The translations under genes were made by a program, and so were the position numbers. A stretch of 46,349 bases of DNA, counting the filler, from Catajapyx aquilonaris (taxonomy: Eukaryota), in the NCBI GenBank assembly GCA_000934665.2. It is 2 parts of 2 records of this genome, joined end to end, with 100 filler letters (N's around TTAATTAATTAA, not from the genome) between each part and the next. Parts side by side here need not be neighbours in the genome. Positions count along the whole stretch, not along the records: positions 1 to 23,162 come from JYFJ02005743.1; 1 more part is not named here. One strand, given 5' to 3'. Positions 1 to 12,225 of the stretch are shown here, piece by piece (the stretch's first letter is position 1; each line of letters opens with the position of its first letter). The notes under the pieces are model-generated. The model saw only the letters and a program-made list of their open reading frames with translations. It had not been told where the DNA came from and did not search any database.

Positions 1-686
1 ATCTGATCAGTTTTATTTTTTTTTCTCATATTTAGAATGCGATTTTCGCAATGCAGTGAATGTCCTGGGATTCGCAAGGAATGTGTCTTAGGAACTGGGA
101 AAAGATGATTCTGTGACAATCTTTGTTGCTGTAGAGAACTGGTCATTTTCTTTTCTTCCTGAGACCAAATGTCCATTTAAATGGACATCCGAAAAATGGC
201 ATTTTTAGCTGAATGGTGTGACTTTTCTTTACGTGCCTGTACCTATACACCCATAAGGAAGTGGGCTTTTCACTATGCAGTTCAGTTTTGAAATCTAGAA
301 TAGCAAGGTACCACTTTAGCGGGTAAGAAGGGAAGGAGCAAGCCCCATGCCTGGAGTGGTGGCGTTAAAAAAATAATTTCATTGATCTCTAATTGTCTTC
401 TGAGAGGAATTGCTACCACTAATTCCACAAATGAATTTTAAAAACATTGTTTGGAGGATAGAGCACTATGTGAGTGACCCATTAAGTGGTATTTCAATTT
501 TCAGCTTTCATCCGTTCTGCTTTTGTAGCACCAATTGGGTGCTAATGTTTTCATTGGTTGTTTGCCGCCATTTTTGTCGATATTTTAAAACTAAAAATTT
601 TTTCTCGTTTCTTATTGGGAACATGTTCAGAAAATGCAATAGGAACTGACATTGCGTTAAAAAATTCGTCTCAGGTCTCAGGAGGA

Positions 687-865
687 TATGACGCATACGA
701 TGCATTATATTCTATCCTACAAATAATATTGAGGCTTCCAGTTGTGACCCATACGAGATTCAATATCTTCAGTTTAAATCCTGGCTCATGCATGACTCGC
801 GAGAAAATAATAGATATGTTTGCCGAATTACCATTAATTTTAATGCAGCCAAATTCTTCATGTAA
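687..865. repeat. Dispersed repeat fragment (internal part of a DNA-transposon family)
   Basis: 740-865 is the reverse complement of ~34470-34592, inside the long-TIR element 34040-35101. 687-745 recurs at ~6383-6438. Confidence 0.7.
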
Positions 866-1124
866 CAGGGACGGAGAAAAAATTGATATTTGCACCCCCA
901 GCTCAATAAGAAACGATCAAGAGTTGGCAGCCTTCCCGGGGCAAGTGAGACAATCATAAGTAAATATCCGGATGGAACCAGCCAACTTCCTCTTATGCAT
1001 AGCCTATTACCACCGAGTCGTGCGATTTACCGATAAGGTCAGCCAGGGGTCAGCCCTCACCGATCTAGCCTTTTCCTGCAGAGGATGCAGGCCGCGTCTC
1101 GCGCAATCAGAATCAGCTCCGAGG

Positions 1125-3366
1125 ATGAAGTGTTCGACGCGGGTTTTAATCCTTTTCCTGGTGCTGATGGTTTGTGGCCAGACCTGTGCTTCGTCGTCCA
1201 AAGTATACTGGTCAGAGCCGACTCCCAGCAGCCCCGGTAGAGAAGATGACCAGCAGCAGCAGGTATCCAGCGCTTCAGACCTCTTTCTGGTGGACCAGGA
1301 CACGCTGAAGGTCGTCATCGAGTCTGTTCTGAAGTCCCAGATAGGGGTCTTTGTTAGCGCCATAGATGACCGCCTGGGCTACGCAAGTAAGCAGTCTTTT
1401 GCTCCTAATCATAATGTTGCTGTGTGCTCCCATGCTCATGCAGAAACTGTGAAAAGTTTGTCTGGTTGCTCATATTTGCAGCGGAACTAGTAGGGAACAA
1501 CGAGGCTAGGATGGGTCAATTACGGACTGATCTAATGAAGCACGTGGATGACACGGCTGCATCGCTGCCGCAGAAAACTCAGGAAATTATTAGCGACTCG
1601 TTAACGGTACGTATACAGCTGGTGACAATCTGTGGATCCCGTTGTGATAATGGTGTTTCAGACCGTGGTCTAAAGGTTAAGCGGGTTGGATGAGACGCTC
1701 ACAAAGGAAATGGCATCCATTCGGAGCGAGGTGGGCAAAGTAGGTGGTCAGTTGACCAGTCTGGAGGGCAGGGTTCAACAGGTCAGCAGCCAGGTGGCAA
1801 GGGTCGAGCAGAACCTGTCGCAGAAAATACGGGACGGATTTGCGACCAACACTGACGAATCTTTCAAGAAAGTCGCGCAAGAATCTGCCAACAGGTAAAC
1901 GAAGACTCAATGGGGAAGTAGTGTACACATAATTATTTCAGTTCATGAACACCATGTTTTCAGGGTCATAACTAGTTGTGAGACGGGCCAAAGGGAATTA
2001 TCCAGACTCCTTGGTTCGGTTGTAACTGACCTGAACATTGTGAAGGTGAGTCCTGTGGCTACTGTATTGTTCGATAACAAAAACAGTTGTAAACTCCAGT
2101 ATTCCGGCGCTTAATCCGATTTAAGAACTATGCTTATATGGCTATATGTACGGGTAGGGGTGTTCAAGTCATTCCCGGACTTTATTTTTTAACAACTCAT
2201 ACACAAGTGACACAGGTGTCAAACTTGTACCACACCTTCCTTCAACTGTCTTGTATGTTCAGTCACGGGCCAGTCTCCGTAAACAGTAATGTGTGAGAGA
2301 GAAAAAAGATGGCGTCGGATAGTGTCAGCGCAGTAGTGGGACAGCGCGTTATCGTTAAGTTTCTTGTAGCGGAAGGCATCAAAACATCGGACATTGTCAC
2401 CAGACTAAGGAGACAGTATGGGGAGGATACCCTGAGCAGATCGGTGGTGTACGAGTGGGCTGCACGATACAAAGGCAGCCGCAAAAGTGTGCTCGATGAT
2501 CCGGGACATGGTTGGTCGGTGCCGAGTGTGGTGACGCCAGCGAACATCAAGCGTGTGGAGGGTTTAGTGCTCAGTAACCGTCGCGTTAGCTGTTCATGGA
2601 CTTGTGTAGATGACAGGAATCAGTTGTGGCAGTGTTGAGACTATTCTGCATGAACACCTTCTCGTCTCTAAGGTGTCTGCAAGGCATTATTCTACTGCAG
2701 GACAATGCCCGCCCCCACACAGCCCATATTACCATGAACAAAATTCGCACACTCAGTTGGACCACTATTCCTCACCTGCCATACAGCCCAGACCTCGCCC
2801 CCAGCGATTTCCACCTTTTTGGGCCTTTAAAAGAGCATTTTGTCATCGAGACGAATGAGGCAGTGCAAGAAGCTGTCCTGGCGTGGCTGAGGAGGGGGGA
2901 ACTCTCATTCTATGCTGCTGGGATACAAGCCCTTATACATCAGCGGGGAAAATGTTGTGCTGTTGTTGGGGACTATGTCGAGAAATGACCAAGGTTTGAC
3001 ACCTGTGTCACTTGTCTGTGATTTGTTAAAAAATAAAGTCCGGGAATGACTTGAACACCCTCTATATAGAGCCAACATTGAAAGGCTGAACTTGTTTCCA
3101 TCACTTTAGGGCTCCGAGGATAGGATCAGATCGGAGTTGCAAATAGCTTCAAGTGATGTGAAGTCGGCAGCGAACGAATCACACAATACTCTTGGCAAAA
3201 AGTTGAACCAGATACTTGACCAGATATATGAGGAATGCCACGCAAAAGATCCATTCGTTGATTTTACAGGTGAGTGCACTTCACATTTCTAGCCTGCTGT
3301 ATTCTGTAGGCTACAAGTAATAAATGTATAAATAAATGTTTTCAGCCAGCACTTCCGACGACTCTT
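1125..3366 (+). pseudogene. Pseudogene of secreted coiled-coil C-type lectin (paralogue of 13217-16124)
   Basis: Exons 1125-1386, 1482-1606, 1662-1894, 1964-2045, 3110-3269, 3346-~3366, all GT-AG. Signal peptide MKCSTRVLILFLVLMVCGQTCA. In-frame TAA at 1671-1673 where the paralogue has GAA. Homology stops ~20 nt into the first lectin-domain exon; the domain is replaced by repeats and homology resumes at ~5650-5660. It also lacks the paralogue's exons 2-4 and ~100 bp of proximal upstream sequence. Confidence 0.88.
2151..3062 (+). mobile_element. Internally deleted mariner (DD34D-type) transposon in lectin intron
   Basis: ~70-bp TIRs (GGGTGTTCAAGTCATTCCCGGACTTTATTTTTTAACAA...), flanking TA. Transposase HTH region QRVIVKFL..TLSRSVVYEWAARYK and C-terminal LQDNARPH, PYSPDLAPSDFHLF; the WVP linker and first catalytic Asp region are missing. 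The empty site is visible in the paralogous intron at ~15041-15060. Confidence 0.93.
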
Positions 3367-3461
3367 ATGAGTCTTATGCGAGTACAGTGGATATAGCGAT
3401 GGTTAGGAGCACCCGGGGCGGATCTAAAATTTGTCGCCCCCACAATTACAACAGAGCAATG

Positions 3462-3575
<114 letters not shown>

Positions 3576-4034
3576 TTGTGGGTAATGCTTTCACCCCTTC
3601 CGGGGTATATAGCGTGGACCTTTATTGTATTTTATGATGTTAAGTACATGGTGCCTTTTTAATGAAAGCCCGGGCCTACGGGCAGGGTGACAGGAGGGGA
3701 TGTGCCAGCGTGCAGTGCAATGTCGTAGCTGTGGTCATTTTGTGAACTCCCCCGGGTGGTTTAGTCTATTGGAAATACCACCCGAGACGAAGCCAGAGAT
3801 GACCCAGAACTCTGCACGAGATGAAGGTGGTGTCCCCGGGCTGGGATTATTACGCCATAACCTGGCAACAACAGAACCGTTGTTGACTATCCGGCCGTCT
3901 CCTAGGAGACAAACGTCTCCAGACAGCCAGCACGACCTCTCCTGCGCGTCACCATGCGGGAAAAACGGGAAGTTGGAGGCTGATGGCGGGGAGACTAATT
4001 TTATATCTTGCCCATCGGCAGGCATGACTATACA

Positions 4035-4738
4035 TATCCTCTTCAATTTCGTGGACATCTGTACACTGTTACTGTCATTCTACTTTTTTTTTCTTGTCCT
4101 TTTACATGCGTGACTGCATTGCTGTGCTAGTATATACGTTTACCCGACACAAATCACAGGAAGTGGTCACCATGATATGCGCGAGGCACATAATTATTAT
4201 CCACGCAGCGATGCATGCTGTCGGAATCGCGTCTCAATCAGTGTTGCAACATCCAATTTGTGGATTTTATTACTGTATTAATGTTTTCATGTAAGACTTC
4301 AATAATAATAATAACAATTCTACCTGGCTTGCACCTATAAATCCTCTCCGGGCTTGCAAGCTCAGGCTATCTCGGTGGCCACATATTTTTGTAAATGACA
4401 AGGGATGGAATTTTCCTCCCACTGATAGCTACTGCTAACTTATTAGTACCAGTGTTGTCACGAATTTTCCATTGATTTTTGTCAATTATTTTATTTACCA
4501 GATACCGTATAACACAATTATAGGGTACGAGTCTATAGGAATGCGCCATGAGTGTTATGTGTCCCTGTTATCACAAGCTAACGTGCACTTACTCTGATTA
4601 TTCTGTGTTGGGTTTGGGTAACATAATATGCTAGCACAGCCACGATTGTATATAGTCATGCATGTAAAAGGACAAGAAAAGGAACAGGCGGAGGAAAAAT
4701 GATCGTACCAGTACATGTCCACGCAATTGAAGAGAATA
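4035..4738. mobile_element. Degenerate non-autonomous TIR element (unclassified)
   Basis: Imperfect ~80-bp inverted arms 4035-4115 (TATCCTCTTCAATTTCGTGGACAT...CTTGTCCTTTTACATGC) and 4654-4738. Contains a half copy (4401-4455) of the hairpin repeat at 12115. Confidence 0.65.
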
Positions 4739-4750
4739 AAGGTGGGTTTA

Positions 4751-5316
4751 AGGTGGGTTTACATGTGAGCGAAATGATCAGCGAAATGCATCGCGGCGAT
4801 GCATTTCGACCGTGAATTGTAGCGGTTCTGACGTCATGACTCAAGCGATCGCCACGGCATGCCAACAGCATCGCCACAGCATGCCAACAGCATCGCCGGC
4901 GCAAAGGACTATCGGAAGGAGACAAAAGACGATCGGGTTGTTTATGGCTCGAATTTTGGAATGGCGAAGAGACTCCCTCGGCCTGTATCGCGAATATACT
5001 CGGCTTCTGTGGTTTTGGTGGAACAAGGGACCCTTGGGAGTGGTGGTGAGTAGACTTCTTCCCTCCTGACGCCATGTTGGAAATCGAACGAAAACAGGCG
5101 GGTGCCTTTCTGTCACCACACGCCGTCACAGTACAGCCACCCGAATACGCCACAAGTGAGCGACGATGTCGTCGCCATCTCCTTGAGCGATGTCATCGCC
5201 GAGGCCCTCCCTTCTTAAACGCGATTGCTACTTTCGGCCCAAATCACTGCTTTCGTTAGGATTTCATCGCTAGCGATGCAAATCGCTGATCATTTCGCTC
5301 ACATGTAAACCCAGCT
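4751..5316. mobile_element. PIF/Harbinger-like MITE
   Basis: TIR AG(G/C)TGGGTTTACATGTGAGCGAAATGATCAGCGA at both ends, TTA on both flanks (4748-4750, 5317-5319), internal CATCGC repeats, no coding capacity. Confidence 0.8.
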
Positions 5317-6784
5317 TTAATGTGTGCATTTAAGCTAGGACGCTGATGATGGTGAAGCAGGAGATAAATGCAGTTTGCCATATAAGATGCAAAAAGTTAT
5401 AACAAAAATGGAAAATATTTTCAAGTTCTCTAAAAGTGGTGCAAGTGTCATATTTATTGAGGAAACACCCTGTATACCGAGACTGAGCTGTTGAATGAAG
5501 TTAACCCCTTGAGCCCCAGCCGCCTAGAATCTATCATAGGCGCTGAGAACTCGACAGCCAGGTACCAGCTAAACACGCCACCGCCTTTAGTTTTCCGCTT
5601 GCTCGTGCGCTGAAGATACGAACAAGATATTTTACAAATAATAACATCTGTACATCTCTCATAACTACAACAAGCCGACTGTTAGTGGCTGTTGTGATAA
5701 TTATAACCAAATAAGCGATTTTTGTATGAGTGAACTGTACACAAACGTGTGAGGGGTAAATAAACAAGGCCGGGAAATCGTTAAAACCTGTACCATTTTT
5801 TTCTTATTTATACTCTTCATGTCCAGCAGTCGTTCATTTTACCCATTTTTACTCTTTCTTGCTCAAAAACATGAAGAATGTAAATGGGTATTGTCAGATT
5901 ATGCGTAAAAAATATAAGATCACAGGATAGGGGGGAGTGAATCGTGGGAAAAGGAGAGATTTATCGTGAAGAAAATTATAGCCAATTTTAATCATTGCTT
6001 TCTTGTGTAATTGTGGATCATATTCACCTGCCAAACACGATGTTTCTTTTTTTTCCACATGTGCTACCTACCATCCCGACGAGGATGGGATCAATAAACG
6101 AGGCATGAATATTTGATAAAGTGCGCCCGGCATGGCACAGGCCCACGTGGTCATCCCGACCATGCTTCCTGGGATGAATCGCAATCATTTTCCGAAGGAA
6201 AAAATATTAATGGGTGTAAGATAACTGGAAGATGCGGTCTATTTCTATATAAGTAAAATAGTCTACCACGCAAGCAGTCAGAAGTCGGAAGTCGGAAGTC
6301 GGAAGCCTCGGATTCCATGCCGACACACAAAGTTGCCTGGTATATGACAGTAATATACTAAAAGGAGGGCATCTGTTCTTTTATGACGCATACGATGCAT
6401 TAATATTCCATGTACAAATAATATTCAGGCTTCTAGTTCTCTAGGAATTGATAAGTATGGGCTAGAAAATTGCATCAAAGAGCAGGTTAGCTGCCATCAT
6501 TACCGCCTTTATTACTTCAATTTTAGTGACATATGACAGTGATAGTGGCATGTGAGTGGCACAGCTTCGGGGGAGGGGTGGACCCACTTTGCCCACTTTG
6601 TCAAAATAAAATAAAAAGTTCGCGATATGTCAATTGTCGCCTTCCTGGGGTCTCACCTTACAACTAGGAGGAGCGGAGGCCTTGTCAGACATCAAGGACG
6701 TCGATTTTAAATCTTGGTTACACTAGAAGGCTGGGTAAATGGCCGGAAGTGAATTAATTCCTGCCAATTCGTTCTCAGAAAAGT

Positions 6785-6822
6785 TATAAAAAGGTCTGGT
6801 TGAAACAAGGACAGGACTAGTT
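6785..6822 (+). promoter_or_regulatory. Candidate TATA box and initiator-like site for the IR gene
   Basis: TATAAAA at 6785-6791 and TAGTT at 6818-6822, just upstream of GCCATGG (ATG 6827). Position-based inference only. Confidence 0.35.
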
Positions 6823-6826
6823 CGCC

Positions 6827-8848
6827 ATGGGTCTTCACTCGTTGTCATCAGTGCTCGTCTCTCTCCTTCTTCTGGTGGTGGCTGTGGATGGGGAGGTGAC
6901 CCTTGACCTTCGAGCATTAGAGGACAGCGAGTTGTTTCGTGTGACTGAGTTCGTCCATTTGGTCAGCCGGATGTACCCTTCTTGCCTTTTGGTGCCTGCC
7001 ACGGACCAAGGAAGAAGGTTCAACGGGCCTGAACTATCCGGGTTCATCAGGAGGATACACCGGGTGGGGATGACCCCAGTGCTGCCCGTCACCACCACCA
7101 CCGTGACCCGGCAGAAGAGGGGGTCACACCAGGTCAACTCAGGTCAGTTCGAGTACTGGTTCTCTTGGTTGCACAGACCTGGTGCGGTGGAGCACAAGTG
7201 CGCGGTGTACCTGCTCTTGCTCTTCGGGTCACCATCATCATCCGACCACCACCATGACCCGAGGTCACTGGTGGAGCAGGTGGCCAGACTGGTCTCCATC
7301 CAGACGGGAAGGGACAAGTTCGTGGTGTGGGTCAGCGAGGGGGGAGGGAGGAGGCTGGAGGAGGTCATGCTGCACGGGGTCACGGAGAGGTTCCTCTTCC
7401 TGGCGGGGGTGGGCACCTCCTCAGGGGTCCAGGGAGGTCATCCAGGGATGGCCAGGCTGCTCTCCAACTGCCACTTTTGCAAGGGGGGTCATCCCGGGGT
7501 GGTCACGAGGGGATGGTTCGACCCCGGAAGAGGACAAGTGACTCCGTCCGGACTGGAGATATTTCCGGATTATTCCCGAAATTTGCACAACAAGTTTCTC
7601 AACGGATCATTCTTGGTGGACCTGAGCAAAAACGAGCTGCAATTCTTCCTGGAAAACCATTTGCCCATGTTTTCAGAGATAATGGACTTCCTGCCCATCA
7701 GCCAGTCCATGAATTTCGACTGGGTCATTCAATCTCCTGGGTTCGAAGACGGGGTGGTACAGGAGGTACCACTGCCAGACGGCAACTACACCGGAGTAAC
7801 AGGAGCCATCCTCAGACGGAAGGGGGTTTTTGGATTAGCAATGCTTAAAGATCGCATTTCCCTGGTGGTCGACATCAATTTTCCCCATGGGTTTGCCATC
7901 ATCACGTTCGTAACCAGGGCCCCTCGAGTGAGCTACACCTGGGACGCGATGCTCCGACCGTACACTCCGGACATGTGGGCGATGGTGATGGTCTCCGTAG
8001 TCTTTGGCAGCGCAGTCCTCGCCCTCCTCTTGAAGTGGAGTCCCCTCCCCCCCTTCCCTGGCCGCCCCTGGTCCTTCCCCCGCCTCCTCCTGTACTCCCT
8101 GAGGTACCTCTCCTCCACCCTGATCGAAGAGAACCCGAACCTGGTCCCCTCCACCCAACCACCCCGAATATTCATCTCCTTCTGGTGGGCCTTCTCCCTG
8201 GTCATCATCTGTGGGTACGAGGCCCTCTACTTCGGCTTCCTGGCCTCTCCCTTGATGGAGGACCTCCCGGAGACATACAGGGAGCACCGGGAATGGCCCA
8301 AGTGGAGTTGGGGCACGATCGCTTTCATGAAGCCCTATCTCGGCGGTGCTCTTCTGAGCCTGGATTACTTTTCATCTGCGGCCAGGGGCATAATTGACCA
8401 CGTGGACCTCAACACGTGTATGTTGGAATCCATCAACTCCGACCACTGCTGCATCGGTACGCGCGATTTCCTGATAGCAGGAAGCTACCAGTTTGCGGAC
8501 AAGGCCGGCAATCTGCAGACAAAATTTGCGAAAGAGAACGACGTGGTAATATACGGTGGTATCCTGACCGAGAAGCACAGCCTAATCTCTCCGATCATAT
8601 CCAGGATGGGGAAGTATGTCAGAGAGTCAGGCTTGCACGAGATGTTCCGTAGGTCCTTCGAGTTTGCCTGTCTGGCCATGGGAATAGGTGATGCCCGGAA
8701 GAAGGACCTCCTCCTCAAGAGGCTGATGGCCCTCAACGTCACCCAGATGAGCGGAGCCTTTTACTTTCTGTCTGCCTTTACTTGGGGACTGAGTGTTTTG
8801 GTTTTCTTTGCAGAACTTTTGACATGCAGAAAAAGTGTTTTATTTTAA
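6827..8848 (+). CDS. Divergent ionotropic receptor (IR, variant iGluR chemoreceptor), intronless, 673 aa
   Basis: Signal peptide; S1 motif PDGNYTGVTGAILRR; pre-M1 TFVTRAP...AMLRPYTPDMW; M1; pore region; M3 RIFISFWWAFSLVIICGY; S2 ending VRESGLHE; M4 LNVTQMSGAFYFL...SVLVFFAE. Size and single-exon layout are typical of divergent IRs. Confidence 0.93.
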   Translation: MGLHSLSSVLVSLLLLVVAVDGEVTLDLRALEDSELFRVTEFVHLVSRMYPSCLLVPATDQGRRFNGPELSGFIRRIHRVGMTPVLPVTTTTVTRQKRGSHQVNSGQFEYWFSWLHRPGAVEHKCAVYLLLLFGSPSSSDHHHDPRSLVEQVARLVSIQTGRDKFVVWVSEGGGRRLEEVMLHGVTERFLFLAGVGTSSGVQGGHPGMARLLSNCHFCKGGHPGVVTRGWFDPGRGQVTPSGLEIFPDYSRNLHNKFLNGSFLVDLSKNELQFFLENHLPMFSEIMDFLPISQSMNFDWVIQSPGFEDGVVQEVPLPDGNYTGVTGAILRRKGVFGLAMLKDRISLVVDINFPHGFAIITFVTRAPRVSYTWDAMLRPYTPDMWAMVMVSVVFGSAVLALLLKWSPLPPFPGRPWSFPRLLLYSLRYLSSTLIEENPNLVPSTQPPRIFISFWWAFSLVIICGYEALYFGFLASPLMEDLPETYREHREWPKWSWGTIAFMKPYLGGALLSLDYFSSAARGIIDHVDLNTCMLESINSDHCCIGTRDFLIAGSYQFADKAGNLQTKFAKENDVVIYGGILTEKHSLISPIISRMGKYVRESGLHEMFRRSFEFACLAMGIGDARKKDLLLKRLMALNVTQMSGAFYFLSAFTWGLSVLVFFAELLTCRKSVLF

Positions 8849-9267
8849 TAATTCTCCCAATGTGACAGGTGACAACAATCTGTAAGAAATAGTGACACAA
8901 GAGTTACACTTGTGTCCGCCTAGTCAAGTGTGGAAAGCTTTGAGGCCAAGGATCAACAATAAATTATGTGTTAAATAGTAAATATCAAGTACAAACATCA
9001 CTCTTTTTTGCCATAGTTTGTAGCTGGAAGTTTAACCTAGTTCAAGCTATTCAACTGGCGGACCTCCACGATATACCCCCAAACGAGGGGGGGGGGGGNN
9101 NNNNGGGGGGGGGGGGGGATTGTGCCAGCGCGTTTTTTTGGGACAACGACGCCACGCACCCCGCTTGCAGCAGGCGTAAACTAGCGAAATTAGGCATATT
9201 CCTTTACATTGATAAATGTACAAAGGTGACAATCACTAAGAGAATTCGCTATTTGTTGCTATAGTAA

Positions 9268-9268
9268 T

Positions 9269-9335
<67 letters not shown>
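9268..9335. repeat. (TAAG)n microsatellite
   Basis: Perfect tetranucleotide run. Confidence 0.95.
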
Positions 9336-9336
<1 letters not shown>

Positions 9337-10144
9337 GTAGATTTGTTTATTCCCATTTGGAGCCCTAGGGCCCCGTGTATAGGAAGGAGTCGTTACATAG
9401 ATAATTTAATATCGACCCTCGTACCCTATAGCTTTATAGCACAAAACCTCATGCATTTTCGTTGGGTCCAAAGCCTTGTTCAACTGGTGCGTGGTCCATG
9501 TGGATCATTCCCTGTCAATTCCTGGTCAATTCACCTAGTCCCCAGACCCTTGGGTTGTCAGATCATGACGAAATCCGGCTAGTCGTTTTGGTTACGTCCC
9601 AGAAGAATACCATTTGAGCGGTTTTGCGATGTACCCCCCCCCCTACCCGGAGATATGCCCACTGAAAAAATGCATTTTCCGGCCTTTACCCGCCTTTTCG
9701 GAAAATAGTGATCTCAATGGGATATAATTATCTCGTGAACCAATTGATACACAGACGTCTTAGACCACTCTCTTTGAAGGGATTCGAGAGCCTTATATCT
9801 ACCTGAACCATAAAGATACGGAATTTGACTTTTTTTTGAAACTTTTGTCTCAATTTGAAAATATAATATTTTTTTTGAAAATTCACCTACCAATTTAAAA
9901 ATACGATTTTTAAATATGTTACAGCTGAGACTTTTTCCTTGACATGTAAAAATATGCAGGAGGCAATTTTCCATTTTAGGAAGAAAAATGCATCTGAAGG
10001 AACCACTGCTCAGCGGGGGCATGCAATGCACCCTAATTGACGCGAATCGGTCCCTGAAGGCTCCATGAATGGTGCTCTCCAAATAGACAGCTGTGTCATG
10101 GGACGACTCTGAGAGTTCCTAAGGGGAAATACATCACTATATTT

Positions 10145-10146
<2 letters not shown>

Positions 10147-10187
<41 letters not shown>
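10147..10187. repeat. (GA)n microsatellite
   Basis: Dinucleotide run. Confidence 0.95.
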
Positions 10188-10189
<2 letters not shown>

Positions 10190-10453
10190 GGATTTCTCTG
10201 TGACGCCCTGAGGAATGCAAAAAGCCCATGTTGTCTAATTTGCAGAACTGTACTGAACTGAAGCCAATATTATAATGACATATATTAACATTAACTTAAA
10301 TGTTTACAATAACTACGTCGTACAGATTATATGCAGATTGGGAAGGGCCAGTTAGGGCCTTAAGTGCACTGGAGAATGCGAAACCAGATTTATTTCAATG
10401 CCAGTTACCGTACTATACATTTGCAAAGATCTGTCTGATCATAATATTATATC

Positions 10454-10693
10454 GGGGGAGGCGTGGTGACCGAGATGGTCACTAACGTCTCGGCTTGAAC
10501 TGTGCGGAAGGCAAGGCGGAAGGTTCCTGGTTCGATCCTCGGGATTTCCCTTTCGCCTGCGTCAGTGGGTCCCTGGCCAGCACCTAAGAAGGCGTCTTGG
10601 CAACCTAAGCCTTATTCTGGGGGACTGCACATGACCCTTTTCAGACATTGAACCTGCACCCTATAAATCCCTATAATCCTTACCCATATCCTT
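10454..10693 (+). mobile_element. tRNA-derived SINE
   Basis: A-box-like GTGGTGACCGAGATGG and B-box GGTTCGATCC, followed by a non-tRNA body and an ATCCY-rich end. Confidence 0.6.
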
Positions 10694-11332
10694 TCATCCC
10701 TGCACGGTGTTTATTGAAGAGTGAAAATGATAAAGGGGGCAAGTGCCAAATTTTTGAAGCTGAGAAAAATCGATCGAGGTTTCCGATTATCAGGGTTAAT
10801 GAATGCACAGGTGTCGCCAGGATAATAATCGGAAACCACAGATAATTAAAAAAAATCGTCGTAGACACCGTAAAAATGAGATATTCACAGGTTTTAATGT
10901 ACTATTGTATGCGGATAGTGTATGCTGGTTTAACTAAGGTTTAATCAAAATAATCAAACGTACCATATATTTTTATTTATTCTAGAAAAAGGGTGTTATA
11001 TTTCTTTGTTCCCTAGACATATTGACATTTTTTCGAGCCTTAATTTTTAATCGAATATTTACTTTCATCACATTTCTAACAACAACAGAAATGATTATAA
11101 TAACCAAAATAATTACGTATTTACATTATGTACTCTACACTATTACATGTAAAAAAAAGCTGCCCATTTTACTCGCGTATACAATGTGTACCCAATTCAA
11201 CGTTTTTCTTTTAAAAAATTTCGCAACGGTTTCGCACTTTATATCACATAGAATAAGAGGTGTTGAGATATGAAAGTTGTTTTGTATTGCTAGCAATACC
11301 GCACTTTATAGCGGAAGTTCTAAGACCCAATG

Positions 11333-11623
11333 CAATAATAAATAATAATTCATACCCCGTTATCAGCCACCGGCTCTTTACGGGGGAAGTTTGTTTTGCC
11401 TGGAACTCTTTCTCTTTGCTTTTCATTTTTACTGTGCTCTTCGGGATAGGATAGGGACGGAAGGAAGCGGCTGTGGCCTATTTATTATACGGAAACAACT
11501 CCGGAATTCTCCTGGAAGGACCGTGGGAAACCACGGAAAACCACGGTCAGAGTTGCCGGCCCCGGGATTCGATCCCAGGACCTCCCGATTCGGACACCAT
11601 ATCCCCTCCTCCAAACTGCTTCG
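11333..11623 (-). mobile_element. tRNA-derived SINE (family A), 5'-truncated
   Basis: B-box GGATCGAATCC; body GGTTTTCCGTGGTTTCCC...AGGCCACAGCCGCTTCCTTCC shared with 43179-43536; (TTA)n tail; 16-bp TSD GTTCTAAGACCCAATG at 11317-11332 and 11624-11639. Confidence 0.88.
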
Positions 11624-12114
11624 GTTCTAAGACCCAATGTATTGCATGCAATACAGTCCTTTTACTCAGGAATGGTGCAGAATTTTAAAACATGTGTAGG
11701 ACGGTTATTTGTTCCCAGTGCGACATTACACCTCGACACAAAATCTGGAACATGTATGTTGAAGAGAATCAGGAGCATGTGTGTTGAATAGAACTCTTTC
11801 GGGTCTGAGGAGGCGATGTTTGGAAATTTCCTGCTATCAAATAAGCCATCTGGGGCATTTGGAGGTTTCGCATATTAGTATTGGCCTTGGGCCATTGAAG
11901 TTTTTTAGTACATAATCTCAAAATTTTTATTTTTGGCAGTTACCCCCTGTACCATTTATTGCCAGTTTTGTAATAGGCGTATTATTATATTATCCTGACT
12001 ATAACATATTATGCTGTCGAGTGTATCGATACATAGACTATTTGAATGCCGCTAAGGCACCAATCATCAAATGTTTGACCAGTGGAATTACTATCTAATT
12101 CATGTAGGAAAGGG

Positions 12115-12225
12115 GTGGAATTTTCTTCCCACTGACAGTTACTGCTAACTTATCAGTGCCAGTGTTCGCAATGGTACTGCTAACTGCTAAGTTAGTAGTA
12201 ACTATCAGTGAGACGAAAATTCCAC
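12115..12225. mobile_element. Short hairpin MITE
   Basis: ~38-bp inverted arms GTGGAATTTTC..C.CACTGA.AGTTACT.CTAACTTA; a partial copy lies at ~4401-4455. Confidence 0.7.

Noticed and set aside
1671..1673. Stop-codon readthrough or recoding in lectin copy 1
   Set aside because: TAA from a single GAA>TAA change, and the lectin domain is independently lost; pseudogene is simpler.
6835..8742. Many overlapping alternative-frame and antisense ORFs in the IR
   Set aside because: By-products of the GC-rich IR coding sequence; no recognisable domains.
9087..9118. Long G-tract (G-quadruplex candidate)
   Set aside because: Interrupted by Ns; its length is unreliable and probably a sequencing or assembly problem.
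10454..10545. tRNA genes (also at ~35224, ~40940, ~43530, ~11620)
   Set aside because: A/B boxes are present but there is no complete cloverleaf; they continue into SINE bodies, several with tails and TSDs.
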